From the NCBI RefSeq assembly GCF_009914755.1, contig NC_060929.1: DNA of 64,000 bases, one strand, 5' to 3'. Numbering within the stretch: the first letter of the stretch is position 1; the number at the start of each line of letters is the position of its first letter. Positions 29,774-44,957 of the stretch are shown in pieces. The position numbers and the translations under genes were made by a program. Source of the DNA: the human T2T-CHM13v2.0 reference genome, Homo sapiens. The notes under the pieces are model-generated. The model had not been told where the DNA came from. It did not search any database and saw only the letters and a program-made list of their open reading frames with translations.

Positions 29774-30030
29774 AAGCAGAGTAGTGTACTGATTAAGAGC
29801 ATAGACTTCGGAGTCAGACAAAATTAAATTGAGTTTTATTTCTAACATTTGCTAGGTAGGGGACCTTGACATAACCTCTCCCATCTCACTTTCTTTGTCT
29901 TTTTTTTTTTTTAATAATGTCTACTCCATATAGTTGTTGCAAGTATTAAATTAAATAATGCATGTAAATCACTTGTCATAGTCTCAGTACATGGAAATCA
30001 TATCCAATAAATACTACTGCCATTATAATC
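29774..30030 (+). mobile_element. MIR
   Basis: GTTAAGAGCA-like GATTAAGAGCATAGACT...GGAGTCAGAC...ATTAAATTAAATAATGCATGTAAA. Confidence 0.7.
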
Positions 30031-30054
30031 ATAAGTGACAAGCCAGCTGCTCCC

Positions 30055-30762
30055 TTTGTGCACGTGTATACAGATATTTGGAGGGGGGCGGAGCGAATAC
30101 GTAGAAGTAGCATGATAGCGTAGTGCAAATCAAGAGGTCAGTTGGCTTAGTCCCCTGTCAGTGTACTTACTGGACCTCAAGTTTCTGAAGGAGAATGTCT
30201 GTTCCCATTCCTTTTCCTACTGACCACTTCCTCCACATTCTCTAGCTCCCTGCCTCATATATTTGGCTTGGGCTTCGGAAGACTCTGCAGGATCCTTGTG
30301 CTTCTTTCTTGGTCTCTGGATGGACCGCAGAGTGTGCAGATGTAGCTTAAACTTGTTGCTGTTCGCCCACAGCTTCAGTGGCTCCAGACAGCTAGCAGAT
30401 AGAATGACTTCAGCTTGAACGACTAATCTCATTGGCTTCTCAATTCCCAAGGACTTTTTTTCCTGAAAGGGAATTAACAGGTGAGTCTGTTGTTGCTTTG
30501 GCAACAAACTTTCAACCTCTACCTAACTCTCCGGAATGAGAACATATCTATTAATACATTCGCTAGACTGGGGAGTTGAGTCGCTCAATGCAAATTTTCT
30601 TTCAAGTGCAAAACAGCTTAATGGGCTCGGCTAGCCTTTGGTGGTGCTGCAGTTAGAGGCTAGTGAAGCGGAGAGCAGCTGTTGCAGTAACCTGTTGCAG
30701 AAAAGTGAAAGTATATCCGCAACAGTTGGCTCTGATTGCAGAGAGCGCGCTTGTGAGAACTG
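30055..30762 (+). promoter_or_regulatory. PCDHB1 promoter/5' region
   Basis: Unique sequence directly upstream of the ATG: E-box CACGTG 30061-30066, GC box GGGGCGGAG 30085-30093, X-box GTTGCTTTGGCAAC 30492-30505, CSE-like GGTGGTGCTGCAG 30640-30652. Confidence 0.7.
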
Positions 30763-33219
30763 ATGGCGGGTACGCGCAGAAAATCTTTGCAAAACAGGCA
30801 AGTGGGATCTCTTCTCATTTTTCTGTGCATATCTGTGGGGGATGCGACAACTATCCGCTATTCAGTGGCAGAGGAAATGGAGAGCGGCTCGTTTGTGGCC
30901 AACGTAGCTAAGGACCTAGGACTGGAGGTAGGGAAGCTGGCTGCGCGCGGGGCGCGGCTGGTTTCCGAGGGCAACAAAATGCATTTCCGGCTCCACCGCA
31001 AGACGGGAGATTTGTTTGTGAAGGAGAAACTGGATCGGGAGTCACTTTGTGGCAAAGCCGACCCTTGTGTTCTGCACTTTGAAGTAGTCCTGGTGGAGCC
31101 GCTGCAGTCCTTCCGGGCCGAGGTCAGGGTATTTGATATCAATGACAATGCCCCAGTTTTCCTAAACAAGGAGCCGCTTTTAAAGATTCCGGAGAGCACC
31201 CCTTTGGGTTCACGTTTTCCTCTGCAGAGCGCCCAGGATCTGGACGTGGGCCTTAACGGTCTCCAGAACTACACCCTGAGTGCCAATGGGTATTTCCACC
31301 TGCACACCCGCTTCTGCAGCCACGGGCCTAAATATGCTGAGCTGGTGCTGAACAAACCCCTGGACCGAGAGGAGCAGCCTGAAGTCAACTTGACAATTAC
31401 GGCGGTGGACGGCGGGTCCCCGCCTAAGTCTGGCACAGCTCACATCCACGTGGTGGTTCTGGATGTCAACGACCACGTGCCCCAGTTCTCGCGACTGGTG
31501 TACAGAGCCCAGGTATCAGAGAACAGCCCCAATGGCTCTTTGGTGGCCACGGTGACTGCCGTGGACCTAGACGAGGGCACCAACAAAGCGATAACTTACT
31601 CTTTAGCTCAAAACCCAGAAGCAATTCTCAAGACGTTTCAGATTGACCCTCAAAATGGAGAAGTTCGACTAAGAGGACCCCTCGATTTTGAAGCCATTGA
31701 AACATACGACATTGACATTCAAGCTACAGATGGTGGAGGCCTCTCTGCCCACAGCAAAGTCCTGGTAGAAGTGGTGGATGTGAATGACAATCCTCCCGAA
31801 GTGATGGTCTCCTCTGTGTCCAGCCCACTCCCTGAAGACTCACCACCACAGACAGTAGTAGCCCTTTTCACTATCAGAGACCGGGACATTCGAGTGGGAG
31901 GAAAAGTCACCTGCTTCCTCAGAGAAGACCTTCCCTTTGTAATCAAACCTACATTTGGGAATTCTTACTCACTGGTCACTGACAGAAGCTTGGATCGGGA
32001 GGAGGTCTCAGGCTATAATATCACCATTGTTGCCATGGATACTGGACCACCTAGCTTGTCTGCCGAGACTATGATAGAGGTGCTAATATCCGACGTTAAT
32101 GACAATCCTCCAATATTTCGGGAAGATTCCTATATCTTGACTGTTCGAGAAAACAACAGTCCTGCGGTTTTTATTGGCAAAGTCCATGCTGAGGATCTTG
32201 ATTTGGGTGAGAATGCCCAAATAACATATTCTCTGTTGCCTCCAAAAAACGGAGATCTTTCAGTCTTTGCTTACATATCCATAAATTCAGGCAATGGGAA
32301 GCTCTACGCGCTGAGAACCATGGATTATGAGGCCATTCAAGATTTTCAATTTGTGGTAAAGGCAACTGATGGGGGCTTCCTGTCACTGAGTAGCCAAGTT
32401 ACTGTCAGAGTGGTTGTCCTAGATGACAATGACAATCGTCCAATGATCTTATACCCACTGCAGAACGGCACCTTGCCCTGCAATGACCTGGTGCCCAGGT
32501 CTGCAGAGGCAGGCTACCTAGTGACCAAAGTGGTGGCTGTGGATGGTGACTCAGGTCAGAATTCTTGGCTTTCATATCATCTACTTAAGGCCACTGACCT
32601 TGGGTTATTTTCTGTTCAAAGACAAAATGGAGAAATCCATACATTAAGGCAGATATCTGAGAGAGACCCCATGATGCAGAAATTGATCATTCTTGTTCAG
32701 GATCACGGCCAACCAGCTCTTTCCACTACTGTCTCACTCAACATCCTGCTGGTAGATGGCTTTTCAGAGCCCTACCTGCAGTTCCAGGATCCAACCAAGC
32801 ATTCTAGAAAGGTAAATCCATCCACTAAATATTTGGTCATTTCTCTGGTCATCCTTTCCTTTCTCTTTCTCCTCTCTGTCATAGTGATCTTCATTATACA
32901 TGTCTACCAAAAGATTAAATATAGAGAAAAGTTCACAATTCAAGAGCATTTCTATGATGACTGTAATTTCTCTAACAACCTGGTACAAGGACAAGGCAAT
33001 GGATCCTTATCTCGGCCTTGTCCATATGAAATGTGTTCAGCCACTGGCACTGGTAATAGTGAGTTTCGCTTTCTTAAGCGTTTTATGCCCAACTTCCCTT
33101 TCCCTCATGCCACTGGGGAGATAAAAATGGAGGCTGGCTCCAGTTTGCCCCCAAATTCTGATAGGAATAAGTCTCAGAGATTAGAGGGCCATGACCAGGT
33201 ATCTGATGACTATATGTAG
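30763..33219 (+). CDS. PCDHB1: Protocadherin beta-1 (uninterrupted ORF, 818 aa): signal peptide, six cadherin EC repeats, TM helix, short cytoplasmic tail
   Basis: Longest ORF. N-terminus [28 protein letters not shown], then IRYSVAEE. Cadherin motifs LDRE/LDFE/MDYE, DINDNAP, DVNDHVP, DVNDNPP, DDNDNRP, AxDGG. EC1 C-x5-C (LCGKADPC). [25 protein letters not shown] from ~32830. Beta-type tail CPYEMC...SEFRFLK ending in its own stop codon. Confidence 0.98.
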   Translation: MAGTRRKSLQNRQVGSLLIFLCISVGDATTIRYSVAEEMESGSFVANVAKDLGLEVGKLAARGARLVSEGNKMHFRLHRKTGDLFVKEKLDRESLCGKADPCVLHFEVVLVEPLQSFRAEVRVFDINDNAPVFLNKEPLLKIPESTPLGSRFPLQSAQDLDVGLNGLQNYTLSANGYFHLHTRFCSHGPKYAELVLNKPLDREEQPEVNLTITAVDGGSPPKSGTAHIHVVVLDVNDHVPQFSRLVYRAQVSENSPNGSLVATVTAVDLDEGTNKAITYSLAQNPEAILKTFQIDPQNGEVRLRGPLDFEAIETYDIDIQATDGGGLSAHSKVLVEVVDVNDNPPEVMVSSVSSPLPEDSPPQTVVALFTIRDRDIRVGGKVTCFLREDLPFVIKPTFGNSYSLVTDRSLDREEVSGYNITIVAMDTGPPSLSAETMIEVLISDVNDNPPIFREDSYILTVRENNSPAVFIGKVHAEDLDLGENAQITYSLLPPKNGDLSVFAYISINSGNGKLYALRTMDYEAIQDFQFVVKATDGGFLSLSSQVTVRVVVLDDNDNRPMILYPLQNGTLPCNDLVPRSAEAGYLVTKVVAVDGDSGQNSWLSYHLLKATDLGLFSVQRQNGEIHTLRQISERDPMMQKLIILVQDHGQPALSTTVSLNILLVDGFSEPYLQFQDPTKHSRKVNPSTKYLVISLVILSFLFLLSVIVIFIIHVYQKIKYREKFTIQEHFYDDCNFSNNLVQGQGNGSLSRPCPYEMCSATGTGNSEFRFLKRFMPNFPFPHATGEIKMEAGSSLPPNSDRNKSQRLEGHDQVSDDYM

Positions 33220-33291
33220 CTCCTATTTACAGGCTCAGTGAGAGAAGAGAAGCAAAATTTTATACTTGGTATGCAAAGATGTTACATCCTC

Positions 33292-33297
33292 ATTAAA
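33292..33297 (+). terminator. Candidate proximal poly(A) signal (ATTAAA)
   Basis: ATTAAA 73 nt after the stop codon. No obvious GU-rich downstream element. Confidence 0.3.
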
Positions 33298-33974
33298 ACA
33301 AAAACTGGTAGTAGATTGCAGCTTTAGTAAAGATAAGAGTACTTAGTTTGGTGAAAATGGGAAACCTAGAGTGAGGCTAGGCTTACTCAATACAAAGCAG
33401 TTATCCTGATCCCCAGATCATATATCTATAACCCTTTCTCCAGTTGGAATTCTGTTTAAAGAAATGTCACCCTCTATAAATGCATATGTGGTAGGAACTT
33501 CTGCTTTTCCATCTCTGTGCTAGCAAGTAATGAATAAGCCATTATTCACATTTTCCTTAGAAGTTCATTGGTCCTGGCCCAGGAAATACTTAGTTCCATA
33601 GAGAGATCCTTTTATTTGCCTCTAAATTATTTTCCAGTAGAAAGTTATGCATGCATAGGGAAGAGAACTACCTTCCCTTTTTGATATATTGGGAAGTGAT
33701 TAGGTTTGACAAGCAGAGATATAGTTTATTATTCAGGAATCTCTAAATTCTTGTCCCTGATGAGTGATTATCTTTGATCAATACCTTGCCTGCAATCATT
33801 CATAATCATAATCATGGAAATGCCTGGTAAATGGTGATCTTCACAAATAATCATGGTGGGAGGAAGGGTGGAGAAAGAAAAGGATTTCACTTATTTGCAA
33901 ATGTGAATAAGGGCAGACATAAGGATAAAGAGATTCAGTTTAGGAATGTTCTCCAAAATTAAATTAGATGTAGT

Positions 33975-34913
<939 letters not shown>

Positions 34914-35213
34914 TTAAGGAAAGACACATTTTCAGGTAGTACTAGATTTGATTGTAAGCCATTTTCCTCTCTGAGTATTCTGAAGTTAACACATGCAAAC
35001 TGAGAAAAAGTGGCATTTTTAGTAAATCATTCATAAAATGAAATGGAGTGGGGAGACAACTTAAGCTTCTCTTTGATCACCACTGTTTGATTTCATAAGC
35101 TATTCTGAGCCCTCTCATTCTAAAATAAGCCAATGTTAAAACATTAACATATTTCAGGGATTCTCCCAACACTGCTAACTGTGCCTTGAAAGTCAAAAGT
35201 TTGCTTTAGAGAA

Positions 35214-35369
35214 GGGCATGGTGGCTCATACCTGTAGTCCCAGCTACTCAGGAGTCTGAAGGAGGAGGATTGCTCAAGCCCAGGAGTTCAGGGGTGCAGT
35301 AAGCTATGATTGCACTTCTGCACTCCAGCCTGGGCAAAAGAGTGAAACCTCATCTCAAAAAAAAAAAAA
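35214..35369 (+). mobile_element. Alu right monomer (FRAM/AluJ piece)
   Basis: GGGCATGGTGGCTCATACCTGTAGTCCCAGCTACTC...A tail. Confidence 0.8.
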
Positions 35370-35889
35370 GTGTGCTTTAATGAGGCTTTAATTATATTCC
35401 TTATTTTATAAAAATGTGTGTAAATTCAGACTCACTAGAATACATCCTCTTGGTATTTTAAGGGTAGAGCATTATCTTTTAAAATACTTCTTAAATATAC
35501 CAAATCATGTTTATTGATACAAACTTCATTCTTGGACTTAATGACTGATACCTAATGGCACCACCTGGCTGTTTACCTGTTGGCCAGGAATACACTAAAA
35601 TTTAGTGCTGTTATTTTTTAGATGTTAGAGATGCTTAGGGCAGAACTGGTGTAACCTATGGCTGCCTTCAATGTTAAAATGTTAAAGAACAGATGAAGCA
35701 AATGCACTATATCAATGAATTGCTTTTATTTTTAATATTAAATATTTTACATACATTGAGTTATGATTCCGATTTAGAGTAAAGGTTTTCTTGCACAAAA
35801 CATAGAATAAGTGTTCCAGTGTATTTGTGTTCCAATTGGTGAAGGCATGCTGAAATTTCTATTTCCTTTAAATGAAAAAGGAGATAGAA

Positions 35890-36943
<1,054 letters not shown>

Positions 36944-37274
36944 TTATTTTGCCACCATTTTTCTTATTTTTGCCTTAGGTGAAAATTTTGTCACTCTAAT
37001 TTTATTCAGACTTCAAGTTCCCAAGAAAATTCCAATCCTACCTGATAACTTAAAATAAGAATATATCAATTCACTGAATGTGAAGTAGGCCACTTGTTTT
37101 TGGAGAGAACTCTGTACACCAGCTGAGATTAAGTCCAGGTCTCTATCAGCAAATTAAGACAAAGAATGGAAATAATTAGGGCAATTACTCTCTCCAAAGT
37201 GTCAAGTGATATTATAACTATTTCTATGTATTCAAAGCTATAACCTAAGAACCTTGAAAAGTGTCTTGTACAAA

Positions 37275-38235
37275 AAGGCTTTTTATTAGGAAATAATTCT
37301 AGACTCATAAAATTGCAAAAATACTATAGATAGTTCCTGTATATCCTTCACCTAACTTCCCGGAATGCTAACATCTTATATAACCATAGTAGTTATCAAA
37401 ATTAAGAAATTAACCTTGGTATAATTCTATGAAGTAAACTACAGATCTTATTCAAATTTAACAGTTTTCCCCCAATGTCCTTTTTCTATTCAAGGATCCA
37501 ATCCAGGATCCTGCAAAGCATTTGTTATGGCTCCTTAGTCTCTACCACCTGTGACAGTTCCTTACTCTTACCTTGTCTATCATGACTTGAGATTTTTGAA
37601 GAGTACTAGCCAGTTATTTGTAGAATGCCCCTCAGTTTGGGATTCTTTGTTTTCTCATTATTAAACTGAGGTAATGCATTATTGGGAAAAATACTGCAGA
37701 AATGATATTGTATCCTTTTCAGTGCATCACGTCAGCAGGTATGTGATGCCAATGTCACACTACTGGTGATATTAATCTTTTTTCTTTTATTGTGGTAAAG
37801 AACTTATAAAATGTACCATGTTAGCCATTTTTAAGTATGTTAGCCATTTTTAAGTAATGTTAAGGTGATGTTAATTTTGATCGCTTGGTTAACATAATGT
37901 CTGCCACGTTTCTCTACTATAAAGTTACTTTTTTCTCTTTGTAATTAATAAACACTTGGGGGATATGCTTTGAAACTATGCAAATATGATGTTTCTGCTT
38001 AAACCAATTTTAGTATCCATTGCTAGATATTTCCTGTGGCAATTAATATTGTGGCATTCTAATGGTGATTTTCTATTTCTCTATTTCCTTTTACATTAAT
38101 TAAAATTCTTCTGGAAGGAAAACTTGTTACTTTCCCCCCCACTTATTTAGTTAGTTATTTCTTTACATAAGGATACCTGGATATCTCCTCTATTATTTGG
38201 GTTACAAACTAATCCTATCATTTACTTTGTTGTTC
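37275..38235 (-). mobile_element. L1MC-like 3' fragment
   Basis: Antisense AATGTCCTTTTTC...CAAGGATCCAATCCAGGATC...TAGAATGCCCCTCAGTTTGGG. Confidence 0.7.
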
Positions 38236-38616
38236 AGCAAACTCTTTTATCTGAGATGAAGAGCAGATTTTTAAGACTGGAATTATCCATATAGAATACA
38301 TTTTTATCAAAATTAGTATTTCTTTGTAACTCTACATGTTAGATTATTTTAAACAATCATAAAGTAACCCCATTAAGGTTCATGCATAAAGTTTTAACTT
38401 TAAATGAAAATTATACTAACATAATTTTAAATTAGTCATACATTTTAAAATAGATATAAACTGAAAATTTTAAAATTTGTTGTGCAGACATGTTTATATA
38501 GTTTAAGCTATATATACCTGAGATACTATTTAAAAATAGACTTATATGCTGAAATTAGACTTACAGATATACAAAAAATGGAATTGGTCTGTCTGATATT
38601 ATGTAATTCTCCTAAA

Positions 38617-38665
38617 AATAAAGAATTTCTTTATCATGTTTGTGCATTTTTTGTTGTTTTCCATT
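38617..38665 (+). terminator. Candidate distal poly(A) site for PCDHB1
   Basis: AATAAA 38617-38622, CA about 14 nt later, then a strong GU/U-rich tract TGTTTTGTGCATTTTTTGTTGTTTT. Confidence 0.45.
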
Positions 38666-38832
38666 TAGGGATGAATTTGTCTTATTCTTGGAAGCATAAT
38701 TCATTCATATGATTATCCCATATAAATAGCTATTTTCTGTAGAGTTTAATATCTTCAAAGTATGTGACTAAGTGGACATTCATTCTTCAACCAAAAGTCT
38801 GACTTCATTTTCAAATATGTGTAACACTTTTA

Positions 38833-40203
<1,371 letters not shown>

Positions 40204-40924
40204 CTATACATTATGGTATGTTGCAGGCCTATGAAGGCTGGAGGACACAGAAACAACATCCAGAATATGTACTGGGCTCTGTAGCCAACAGACTTAATGT
40301 AGTCATCTGTACTATTTCCAGTACCATGCTGGGTCAGAAGCCCAAATCATTACTATACAACCTGATTCTAGACCATGTCCAGGGTCTAGGAAATGGACAT
40401 AAGTAGAGAAAGGAATGAAAAGGAAGACATTTTCAAAAAGTGTCATTCAACATAAAACTGTTTAAGATGCTTGCAGAGATGAATTTAGAAGTTATACCCA
40501 CCAAAGATAGTAAGTTATGAAATAAAAAAAGACTGAAATAAAGTAAGAATGGATCCATATAAATATAGCCAACCAGAAATTTTAGAAATGAAACTTATTA
40601 ATTGTAATAAAACCTCAATAGATAGTATAAACTTCAATCTGGAAGCTAATGAAGACTAAATTAGTAAATTGGTATGTAACTATGGAATTATATATGGACA
40701 CGTGGATATTTACTCTATTATTTAGGTTATAATTCAATTCTATCATTTATTTTGTTGTTCAGTAAACCCTTTCAACAACCCTTATTTTGTTGTTCAGTAA
40801 ACCCTGTTTGTTCAGAATAACCCTTTGTTGTTCAGTAAACCCTTTTATCTGAGATAAAGGAAGATTTTTAAGATCTGCCCAATAACTGAACAAAAAGATA
40901 CAAATTACGAAAGAGTATTTAAAG

Positions 40925-41352
40925 ATGTTATCTACTGTGATAAACCACACTGAAACTTAAAGGCATAGAACAGACATATTATGCTCAGGGACTCCATGGA
41001 TCAGGGATTCAGACAAGACCCAATGAGGATGAATTGTCTCTGCTCTGTGATGCCTGAGGCCTCAGGTAGAAAGACTCAAAGGCTGAGAGTGACATAGTGG
41101 CAGTGAGCTAGTATCATTTGGAGGTGACCTCTCTTCCATGATTGATGCTGGCAGTGAACCATAATACCTGTCTATGTGGCCTGGGCTTCTTTAAAACATG
41201 GTAGCTGGGTTACAACAGCAAGTATCACTTTCACCACACTTTCCATTGGTCAAGCAGTCACAGAGACCAAATTCAAGATAAGGGGACATATGTCCTACCT
41301 CTTGAATAAAGGAGTGGTAAAGAATTTGGAGAAAAGTTTTTAAAGCTGCCAC
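40925..41352. mobile_element. MLT1-type MaLR LTR
   Basis: CATTGGTCAAGCAGTCAC...AATTCAAG...TTTTAAAGCTGCCACA terminus. Confidence 0.6.
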
Positions 41353-41549
41353 AGGAGACATGGAAGATAGATGGAAAAACTCTAATATAGGTCCCAGAGA
41401 CATTCCAGAAGAAGAATTGAGGAAATGGCAGAGAAGAGACATATATTGATTCTGGTTCTTGCCAAGACGGCAGAGTAGCATGGGTTACAGATACTGCAAG
41501 AGCAGTCATGGAGGAACCATATATTGAAACATTATACAACTTATGTGGT

Positions 41550-41860
41550 TGGGTGGTTGGCTTATGCCTGTAATTCTAGCACTCTGGGAGGCTGAGGCAG
41601 GTGGATCACATGAGGCCAGGAGTTCGAGACCAGCCTGGCCAACGTGGCAAAACGTCATCTCTACTAAAAATACAAAAATTAGCCAGGTGTGGTGGTACAT
41701 ACCTGTAATCCCAGCTACTCAGGAGGCTGAGGTATGAGAATCACTTGAACCCGGGAGGTGGAGGTTGCAGTGAGCTGAGCTGAGACTGTGCCACTGAATT
41801 CCAGTGTAGGTGACAGAGCAAGACTCTGTTTCAAAAAAGAGAGAGAGAGAGAGAGACAGA
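41550..41860 (+). mobile_element. AluS-like with (GA)n tail
   Basis: Alu dimer followed by a GA repeat. Confidence 0.9.
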
Positions 41861-44642
41861 GAACTTAGGAACTTAGGAAATAATGAAAAAACCCTAAGAA
41901 GCTTTTGAGGAGGATAGAGTCTGTTTAATACTGGTGTGTTAAGGCTTAGTGGTGGCTGCAGCCTGGGAAGGAGGGTAAGCCATCATGTTTGTGGTATGAT
42001 ATATTTAAAATAAATCTCCTATTCCCACCTTTGGACAGTGATTTCCTGCCTTCTCACTGGAAGTAAGTGGCAACAGTTCAGATTGCGGGTATAGTTTTCA
42101 TCACAGGTAACAGTCAAGGCAATTTAAAAAATCTGCTTGGGTCAAAAATTTATATTAATTAACTGTATACTGACTAGCCTTGGACATTCACCCTCCCCTT
42201 CCCCTCACCTCAAATCCCATTGTTGGTGAATTATAATTTACAGTAACTCTTTCATGTAATGCTTTTTTTCTGGAAAAAGGTGAATGGAAGGTAAAATCCA
42301 AACCTGAAGAATTGTTTGATTAGGGGGCTATGAGACAGTAGTGATTAACTGGAATTCCCTGGCATTTAGGAAATTCCACCATAGACTGCACCCTCTCCAT
42401 TCTTCTCTATCTCATCTTGGTTGACAAGGACTAGATCTAGTCCATGTCTCTTCTTCATACACATTATCAGAAAGAATAGTTGATAATATTGGCTCAAAAT
42501 AAGTAGGTATATTTGAAAGTAAACCTACTTAGGTATAGTAGGTATATTTGAAAACATATGTACTTAAAAAGCAAAATAAACTTATACTGTTAATATCAGA
42601 ACTGAGATATTATTACTGTAGAACCAAGAATTTAAAAGTAAGCATAACAAACTTATGAAAATAAGCTATACAAAAGAAGAACTATAAATAGTTTAAAGAA
42701 TAAGGTGAAAATAGTATGCATAAAACTATAATTATTTAAGCAAAGTATATAATAGATGAGATAATAGAAAGGATAAAGCTGAAGAACTACTTAGTGAGTT
42801 AGAAGATCACATTGAAAAATTCTCTCAGAAGGAAGTAGGGAAAGAAAAATAATTAGAAGATATATAATTAAAGTTAAGAGATATAGAGGCTAAAAGAAGT
42901 AGCAATGCATAAAAATTGGTGTCCCAGAAGAACAGAAATATAAAAATGGAGAGAATGGTTTTTGAAGAAATTACAGAAACAAATGTCTAAGAATTAAAGA
43001 ATAATGAAAGAAGGCCTCTGATTGGAAGGCTTGCAGAGTAGTAAACAAGACAAAGCCATGCCTAGACAAATTGTGGTGAAATTTATGCATAATAATGACA
43101 AAGAGAAAGAACACATTACATAAAATGAAACACGATGAAACTGACAACAGACTTCTCACTAGCAGCACTGGATGCAAGCAATACATGGTATTGGTTCTTG
43201 GAAAAGACTAACAAAATAGAAAAAAAAGCTGATGGCTGTGTGCCATTAACATCCAAGAGAACTACTGGGAAATTTCAGGGCTATGTGGCAAATACTCAGC
43301 CAATTTATTGTGTGGATATTTTCAGACATATGTTATTTTTCTTACACTTCTTCATGTGAAGGATGCTAGAGGAAAATTTCCTAGAACTGGTCATGTTGTC
43401 ACTACTTGCCTTATGCTGGAGCACTTCCTGAAACACATTTCACCTCTTTTAGGATCATAATCCCAGCATTCTGGGATCAAAGGAAAAATGCCTTGCAGAT
43501 ATTACACAAATAAATTTAAGACATAGGTAAGAAAAAGAAAGTTAGCATGGGTCTTAATAAGTTAGTAGTAACCACCAGAAAAATATAAATAGAATGCATG
43601 ACTTTCCAGTTAGCAGAACAAAATCTTATCTAGCCAGTAGGAATCAGGAAAGGGGTTAAAAACAATAAAGAAATATTGAAATGTGATGGCAGAGATATGT
43701 GCTAAAATAACAGTAACTAAAATAAACATACATAAGCTCACCCATCAGGAGTTAGAGAATTTTAGTTTGAATTAAAAATCAAGCCCTAGAAATGTGGAGC
43801 CTATAAGAAACAGATTCACGACAGTTGTTATAAAGAAAGGTTAAATGTAAATGGATGAGAAAAGAATTACATCCAAATATTAATCCAATAAAATATAGAA
43901 TAATTTTAATAATATAAAAGACAAGTACAAAAAGAAATATAAATCAATAAGATATAATGATCATGAAAATATATACACTCAATAATGGAGCCTCAAGATA
44001 CATAAAGGAACAACCAAAAATGCTGAAAGAAATAGATAATCAGCAACTAACATGGAATTTTTAATACACTACATTGAGAAACATCAAAGACAAGTAAAAT
44101 TAAGGAACATTTGAAAATCATAATTGATGTGCAGCAATATATTAAGAAATAATTCATCACAAGAACAAAAAATACATTCTTTTTGAGCACACAATAGAAT
44201 AATCTTAAAAAATGGCTGAATACTAGTCTAGAAAGAAAGTGTCAAGAAATCTAGGTAAATCAAAGCAGATATATCTATCAAAATGCAAAAATATTTTTAA
44301 ATAATTACCAAAAAATTTCTTTAAACATATCCTATTTTACTGGAACCTAAATAGCAAATTATTAAGTAATATTTGAGTTAAAGAGGAAATCTTAAAGAAA
44401 AGTACAATGTTCTTGGAACTTAACAACAGTGAAAATATAACTGGCCCACATTTTTGGGGCAGAGAAAAAGAATTTAGATGGAAGTTTTTTATTTTAAATG
44501 CATGTGTGAGAAAAAAAAAAAGAAATATTTAAAGCAAATGAGTTCAAACATTTTTAAAAAGTAATAAGCGAACTCAAAGAGGAAAGCGGATGTAATAAAG
44601 ATAAGGGCAGAAATCAATTAAAGTATAAATAAAGAATAGAGT

Positions 44643-44957
44643 GGCCAGGCGCGGTGGCTCACGCCTGTAATCCCAGCACTTTGGGGTGAGGAGATGGAGA
44701 CCATCCTGGCTAAGGAGGTCAGGAGATGGAGACCATCCTGGCTAACACGGTGAAACCCCGTCTCTACGAAACATACAAAGAAAATTAGCTGGGCGTGGTG
44801 GTGGGTACCTGTAGTCCCAGCTACTCAAGAGGCTGAGGCAGGAGAATGGCATGAACCTGGGAGCGGAGGTTGCAGTGAGCCGAGATCGCGCCACTGCACT
44901 CCAGCGTGCGGGACAGAGCAAGACTCCGTCTCAAAAAAAAAGAAAAAAAAAAAAAAG
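44643..44957 (+). mobile_element. AluY-like with rearranged left arm
   Basis: ACCATCCTGGCTAACACGG and GAATGGCATGAACC diagnostics. Internal 25-bp duplication. Confidence 0.88.

Noticed and set aside
30858-33124. Antisense and alternative-frame ORFs inside PCDHB1
   Set aside because: Shadows of the real coding sequence with no independent support.
33000-33219. Splicing of PCDHB1 to constant exons (e.g. CAG|GTATCT at ~33199)
   Set aside because: The donor is weak, the ORF has its own stop, and beta genes have no constant region.
37817-37856. 19-bp tandem duplication ATGTTAGCCATTTTTAAGT
   Set aside because: Ordinary slippage inside nested L1 fragments.
40750-40845. Short repeats separated by variable sequence (CRISPR-like look)
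   Set aside because: Human DNA, irregular spacing, and the spacers derive from the repeat itself. It is a slippage minisatellite.
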